From Clostridia bacterium (GTDB lineage Bacteria > Bacillota > Clostridia > JAQVDB01), in NCBI GenBank assembly GCA_028698525.1, contig JAQVDB010000001.1:1-61197 (forward strand): DNA of 61,197 nt, written 5' to 3'. The notes under the pieces are model-generated. The model worked only from the letters and a program-made list of their open reading frames with translations. It had not been told where the DNA came from and ran no database searches. The translations under genes were made by a program, and so were the position numbers. Shown piece after piece: positions 57,564 through 61,197 of this stretch (within the stretch, counting starts at the first letter, position 1; every line of letters begins with the position of its first letter).

Positions 57564-58895
57564 CTATTTCACCGCATTACAAGCAATATTTACAGCATCC
57601 CAAGCCCCTGAAAAGGGTGGAGCATAACATAAATCGGTCATGCCCAATTCAGGGGCTGTCATTTCACTATGTATAGCAGCTGCAAAGATATCTATTCTAA
57701 GCACAACTCCTTTTGCCCCTGCCGCTTGTGCGCCTAGAATCTTCTTAGTACTTTTTTCACATATTAATTTTATCCATATCGGAGTTGCATCAGGGTAATA
57801 GGAAGGATGATCATATGTTTTGGCAAATGCAGTAGTATAATTCATGTCCAACCTTTTTGCATCCGCCTCAGATATCCCTGTCCTTGCAGCCTCCATCCCC
57901 AAAACCTTGATGGCGGCACTGCCCAATGTACCCACGTATTCTTCATTAGCTCCCATCATATTAGCTCCTGCCAACCTGCCGCATTTATTAGCATTTGTAC
58001 CTAGGGGTATGTATATGTTCTGTTTTAATACTCTATTGTACACTTGGGCGCAATCGCCAGCAGCATATATATCAGCGATATTGGTGCACATCTTTTTATC
58101 TATCTTGATTGCCCCATTTTTGGCAAGAGATATACCCGAATTTTCCAAAAACTTGGTGGCAGGCCGTACACCTACTGCTGCTATCACAAGATCCGCTTTA
58201 TATAGCCCTTTGTTAGTACGCACCCATTCTACTTTTTGTTGTCCTGCTATTTCTTCTACATGTTCATCAAGATTTAGCTCTACATCATTATCCCTCAACT
58301 CTTCAGCTATCAAATCAGAAATCTCTCCATCAAAATTTGTTAAAATACCGGAAGTCATTTCTATCACCCTGACCTGCTTGCCCAATTCTACCATGGCATC
58401 CGCTATCTCAATCCCTATATATCCTCCTCCGATTATAACTACATCACGGATTTGGGGCTGGTTTACAGCAGCTTTCAGCAACATCCCATCTTCCAGTGTC
58501 TTAAGAAAATGTACCCCTTCAAGGTCAATACCTTTTATTGAAGGAATAATGGTATTAGCTCCTACAGCTATCATCAGTTTATCGTATGTATCAAAAAACA
58601 TGGTATTATTGTCTATATCCCTCACTAAAACCTGCTTATTTTCTGGAATCATCTTTATTACTTCATGCCGCAAAAAAGTTTGTATACCCAGCTTGTGAAA
58701 ATCCTCCTGAGTCCGTGCAATCAATTTTTTTTCATCATCATTCAACCCTGATATATAATAAGGCAAACCACAAGCCCCATATGAAAGATGATAGCCTTTT
58801 TCGTATACAACTATCTCTGCACCCTTATCCATGCGCCTTGCCTTTGAAGCAGCGGACATTCCAGCAGCTACCCCTCCTATTACAACTATTTTCAT
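57564..58895 (-). CDS. FAD-dependent pyridine nucleotide-disulfide oxidoreductase (CoA-disulfide reductase / NADH oxidase type)
   Basis: VVIGGVAAG FAD motif, single redox Cys in SYGACGLPYYI, second Rossmann IIGGGYIGIE. Confidence 0.85.
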   Translation of the reverse strand: MKIVVIGGVAAGMSAASKARRMDKGAEIVVYEKGYHLSYGACGLPYYISGLNDDEKKLIARTQEDFHKLGIQTFLRHEVIKMIPENKQVLVRDIDNNTMFFDTYDKLMIAVGANTIIPSIKGIDLEGVHFLKTLEDGMLLKAAVNQPQIRDVVIIGGGYIGIEIADAMVELGKQVRVIEMTSGILTNFDGEISDLIAEELRDNDVELNLDEHVEEIAGQQKVEWVRTNKGLYKADLVIAAVGVRPATKFLENSGISLAKNGAIKIDKKMCTNIADIYAAGDCAQVYNRVLKQNIYIPLGTNANKCGRLAGANMMGANEEYVGTLGSAAIKVLGMEAARTGISEADAKRLDMNYTTAFAKTYDHPSYYPDATPIWIKLICEKSTKKILGAQAAGAKGVVLRIDIFAAAIHSEMTAPELGMTDLCYAPPFSGAWDAVNIACNAVK

Positions 58896-59064
58896 GCCAT
58901 CTCTCCCCCTTTATCAATATATCAATTTTATAATAAAGCCTATTGCTAGAAACATCCCCTATCAGATTTTCTTATCAAAACCTCCCATTTTTCTATATCT
59001 TTTTAAAGCCAGCTTTACATAATTATAGCATTACTTCCCTTTTTCCTCTATATAGTCAAATCAA

Positions 59065-59625
59065 TTAATTTCTATCTAATATATGATTTTTACATGTAGA
59101 TATATACTCATCATCATTTAATTTGCACTGGACCTTCTTGTACCATATATCATCATCAGCCAAGCTGGATAGCTTTATATCATACCATTTTTCAACATCG
59201 CCACGCAAAACTTTATATTCTTCATCATAGAATGTAAATATGATTGCCTCTAAATTATCAATCAACATAAACGCAGCCGTAGAATTATAAATCAATGCCC
59301 TTTCAACTCTTTGCATGCCAATTTCATCAATTGCTTTTTGATATTTTACTTCTACCGTCAAGCTATCAGGATAAAACTGAAATGTCATTGGGACATCACA
59401 TAATGGCAATGAATTAAATAAATTGGTAATATTAGGTGCATTCCCCATATATTTATCCTTATACTTTAAAACACTTCCAAGATCATGTGTCAGCGCATCT
59501 TGCTGCTGGATGATATACTGCTCCCTTTTGTTAGATATATCAGGTATGATAATGCCCTGTACCACACCATATAGTACAACCCCTGCAACAATTAAAATCA
59601 AAATAGCTTTATTCCTATTCTTCAT
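59065..59625 (-). CDS. DUF4825 domain protein (N-terminal membrane anchor)
   Basis: TM anchor, then LKYKDKYMGNAPNITNLFNSLPL...TVEVKY, typical of DUF4825. ATG at 59625 (RBS GGCGGGTG); the ORF extends to the GTG at 59634. Confidence 0.6.
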   Translation of the reverse strand: MKNRNKAILILIVAGVVLYGVVQGIIIPDISNKREQYIIQQQDALTHDLGSVLKYKDKYMGNAPNITNLFNSLPLCDVPMTFQFYPDSLTVEVKYQKAIDEIGMQRVERALIYNSTAAFMLIDNLEAIIFTFYDEEYKVLRGDVEKWYDIKLSSLADDDIWYKKVQCKLNDDEYISTCKNHILDRN

Positions 59626-60298
59626 CTTGTTCACCCGCCTGATATTTTAAAATAAGTTTTGCTGATACACTAAATAGCAAAGGTATTATTATTGTAATAA
59701 ATGGCAGTACATACCTGATTGCCAGTACAGCAAACTGATATGGTCCGGAAATATTTATACCTTTGCCAAACCAAATATTACTTCCAAATTGAATTGCTGT
59801 TATGCTCATTATAGAAATTACGATAAATAATACCCAAAGTATCCAAGCTGCTCTTTTATATCTGGAGACTCTTTTAATATTGAATGCCTTCATTTTATTC
59901 AAATATCCCTCATCCTTGTTTGAATAAACTTTTATAAAAAATATACCCAATACAATAGCCGTAAACAACAAAAATATATTTATAATAGCACCTATACCTA
60001 CAATCATAATGGGAATTGTTAATATCCAAGCTATAATCACATATAATAATGCCAATTGCAGTAATTCAGCTTTGTATCTATTTACATAAATCTCTTTGCT
60101 ATCATCTATCAAAAAATCTATATTTTTGATGCTTTGAGTGGCCCTTTTTACAGCTCGATTGTACTCCAACCCATTAGAAACCAAATCATTCACTTTAGCC
60201 TCTAGATTGCTTAAAATTTCATCTTTAAGTTCCGCAATCTCTTTAGACTCTCTATATTTAATAAATAAACCCTCAACATATTTTTCTAAATCTTTCAT
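59615..60298 (-). CDS. DUF1700-like membrane protein (PadR-associated)
   Basis: The N-terminal helical segment MKDLEKYVEGLFIKYRESKEIAELKDEILSNLEAK is typical of PadR-adjacent membrane partners, followed by 4-5 TM helices. The ATG at 60298 overlaps the PadR stop (TAATG), with RBS GGAGGAG. Confidence 0.55.
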   Translation of the reverse strand: MKDLEKYVEGLFIKYRESKEIAELKDEILSNLEAKVNDLVSNGLEYNRAVKRATQSIKNIDFLIDDSKEIYVNRYKAELLQLALLYVIIAWILTIPIMIVGIGAIINIFLLFTAIVLGIFFIKVYSNKDEGYLNKMKAFNIKRVSRYKRAAWILWVLFIVISIMSITAIQFGSNIWFGKGINISGPYQFAVLAIRYVLPFITIIIPLLFSVSAKLILKYQAGEQDEE

Positions 60299-60642
60299 TA
60301 AATCTCCTCCTTCTTTTCGATTAGCTGTCCAATCAATTCCTTGGCTGTTCTCCATTCCGAAAGATTTACCTTATAAGCTTGTATCCCCTTCTTTGTAATT
60401 TTGTAATACTTACGCCTACCTCCCTGGCTTTCATTTCCCCAATATGACTGGATAAATTTTTGGGATTCCAGCCTTTTCAAACTTGTGTACAATGAAGGCT
60501 CTTTTAATTCATATTTACCATCGCTATCTTTCAAAATCGACTTGATGATTCCATATCCATAATTATCCCCTTCACTTAAAACACGTAGAATTATGGTATC
60601 TATATTACCACGAATTAAATCACTGCTTATACTTTTACCCAT
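60298..60642 (-). CDS. PadR family transcriptional regulator
   Basis: LIRGNIDTIILRVLSEGDNYGYGIIKSI...YYKITKKG winged helix. ATG at 60642 (RBS GAGGTGA). Confidence 0.85.
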   Translation of the reverse strand: MGKSISSDLIRGNIDTIILRVLSEGDNYGYGIIKSILKDSDGKYELKEPSLYTSLKRLESQKFIQSYWGNESQGGRRKYYKITKKGIQAYKVNLSEWRTAKELIGQLIEKKEEI

Positions 60643-60748
60643 ATTGTTCACCTCATAACTACATTGTGACAAATATTACTATGTATGTCAATGTACTATT
60701 GCAAAAATAATAATTTGATCCTGTTTATTACATTTTCTCAATAAAAGA

Positions 60749-60784
60749 TAAAAAAGCCTAGAGATCAATCTCTAGGCTTTTTTG
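60749..60784. terminator. terminator after csp
   Basis: Stem AGCCTAGAGA/TCTCTAGGCT flanked by an A-run and a T-run. Confidence 0.8.
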
Positions 60785-60800
60785 ATTCTGGTTTAATAGA

Positions 60801-60998
60801 TTAAAGTACTGTTATGTTTTCAGCTTGAGGGCCTTTAGCTCCTTCAACAACGTCAAAAGATACTTTTTCGCCTTCTTCTAAAGTTTTAAATCCCTCTTTG
60901 TTGATTTGTGAGAAATGAGCAAATACATCATTTCCTTCTTCTGTAGTGATAAATCCATATCCCTTGTTTCCGTTAAACCATTTTACTGTACCAGTCAT
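60801..60998 (-). CDS. cold shock protein (CspA family)
   Basis: [17 protein letters not shown] (RNP1) and DVFAHFS (RNP2); 65 aa. Long AT-rich 5' leader upstream. Confidence 0.97.
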   Translation of the reverse strand: MTGTVKWFNGNKGYGFITTEEGNDVFAHFSQINKEGFKTLEEGEKVSFDVVEGAKGPQAENITVL

Positions 60999-61197
60999 GC
61001 TTTCTTACCTCCGAAATTTTTATTCCTTTAATTCTCTGTAAATGTAAGTATCAATAAAAATTTCGAAATTTACATCTTAAATTGTTATTAATTTTAGATA
61101 AATCGAAAATTCTTGTTATAATAAATAATTTACTTTTGAATTAAGGTTCCCTGTAATTATATAACAAATAGAAAATAAGTCAAGCATTTTTATAAAT

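Noticed and set aside
57844-58698. 284-aa plus-strand ORF antisense to the CoA-disulfide reductase-like gene. Similar long antisense ORFs lie at 28472-29107, 21486-22046, 24286-24807, 11855-12337, 13789-14262 and 48177-48536.
   Set aside because: Each lies entirely inside a confidently identified minus-strand gene. Each has a low-complexity S/P/I/F-rich translation with no recognisable motifs. These are shadow ORFs.
1-61197. Search for CRISPR arrays, tandem repeat arrays, IS elements, integrases, prophage genes, toxin-antitoxin pairs or restriction-modification genes
   Set aside because: By eye I found no regularly spaced direct repeats and no transposase, integrase or phage-like translations other than the intron maturase relic. 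Gene content is syntenic core genome.

Overview
61.2-kb chromosomal segment from a low-GC, endospore-forming Firmicute with Clostridia-like gene order. I count 57 protein genes (55 on the minus strand), 2 tRNAs and RNase P RNA. Reading the minus strand from high to low coordinates: csp; a PadR / membrane protein / DUF4825 module; a loose group of redox, sirtuin and phosphoesterase genes; a 2917-aa cyclic beta-1,2-glucan synthase homolog (GT84, cyclization and GH94 regions) flanked by sporulation-type envelope genes (SpoVB-like flippase, CotF-like protein, YlaJ/YhcN-like lipoprotein); an M16 peptidase pair; lgt; a full dcw cluster (mraZ-rsmH-ftsL-pbp/spoVD-murE-mraY-murD-spoVE/ftsW-murG-murA-divIB-DUF881 x2-sbp-ftsA-ftsZ); spoIIGA-sigE-sigG; ylmC, nrdR, pgeF; phoPR and pstSCAB-phoU; a tightly packed DUF1614 / spoIIP / YIEGIA / 64-aa partner / DUF3189 x2 gene string; tRNA-Asn and tRNA-CAU; trmK-nif3-COG1579 zinc ribbon-rnpB; a decayed group IIC intron directly behind the rnpB terminator; and a LacI-family regulator. 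The window is mostly core genome. I see no CRISPR array, prophage, intact IS or recognisable defence island. The candidates most worth follow-up are the Gram-positive cyclic-glucan synthase in a sporulation neighbourhood, the uncharacterised YIEGIA/DUF3189 module coupled to spoIIP, and the group IIC intron relic. Several regulatory sites can be read directly: MraZ boxes, Pho boxes, a spoIIG-type long-spacer promoter, and palindromes that may be LacI operators. All calls rest on reading the translations and motifs by eye. No database search was run.
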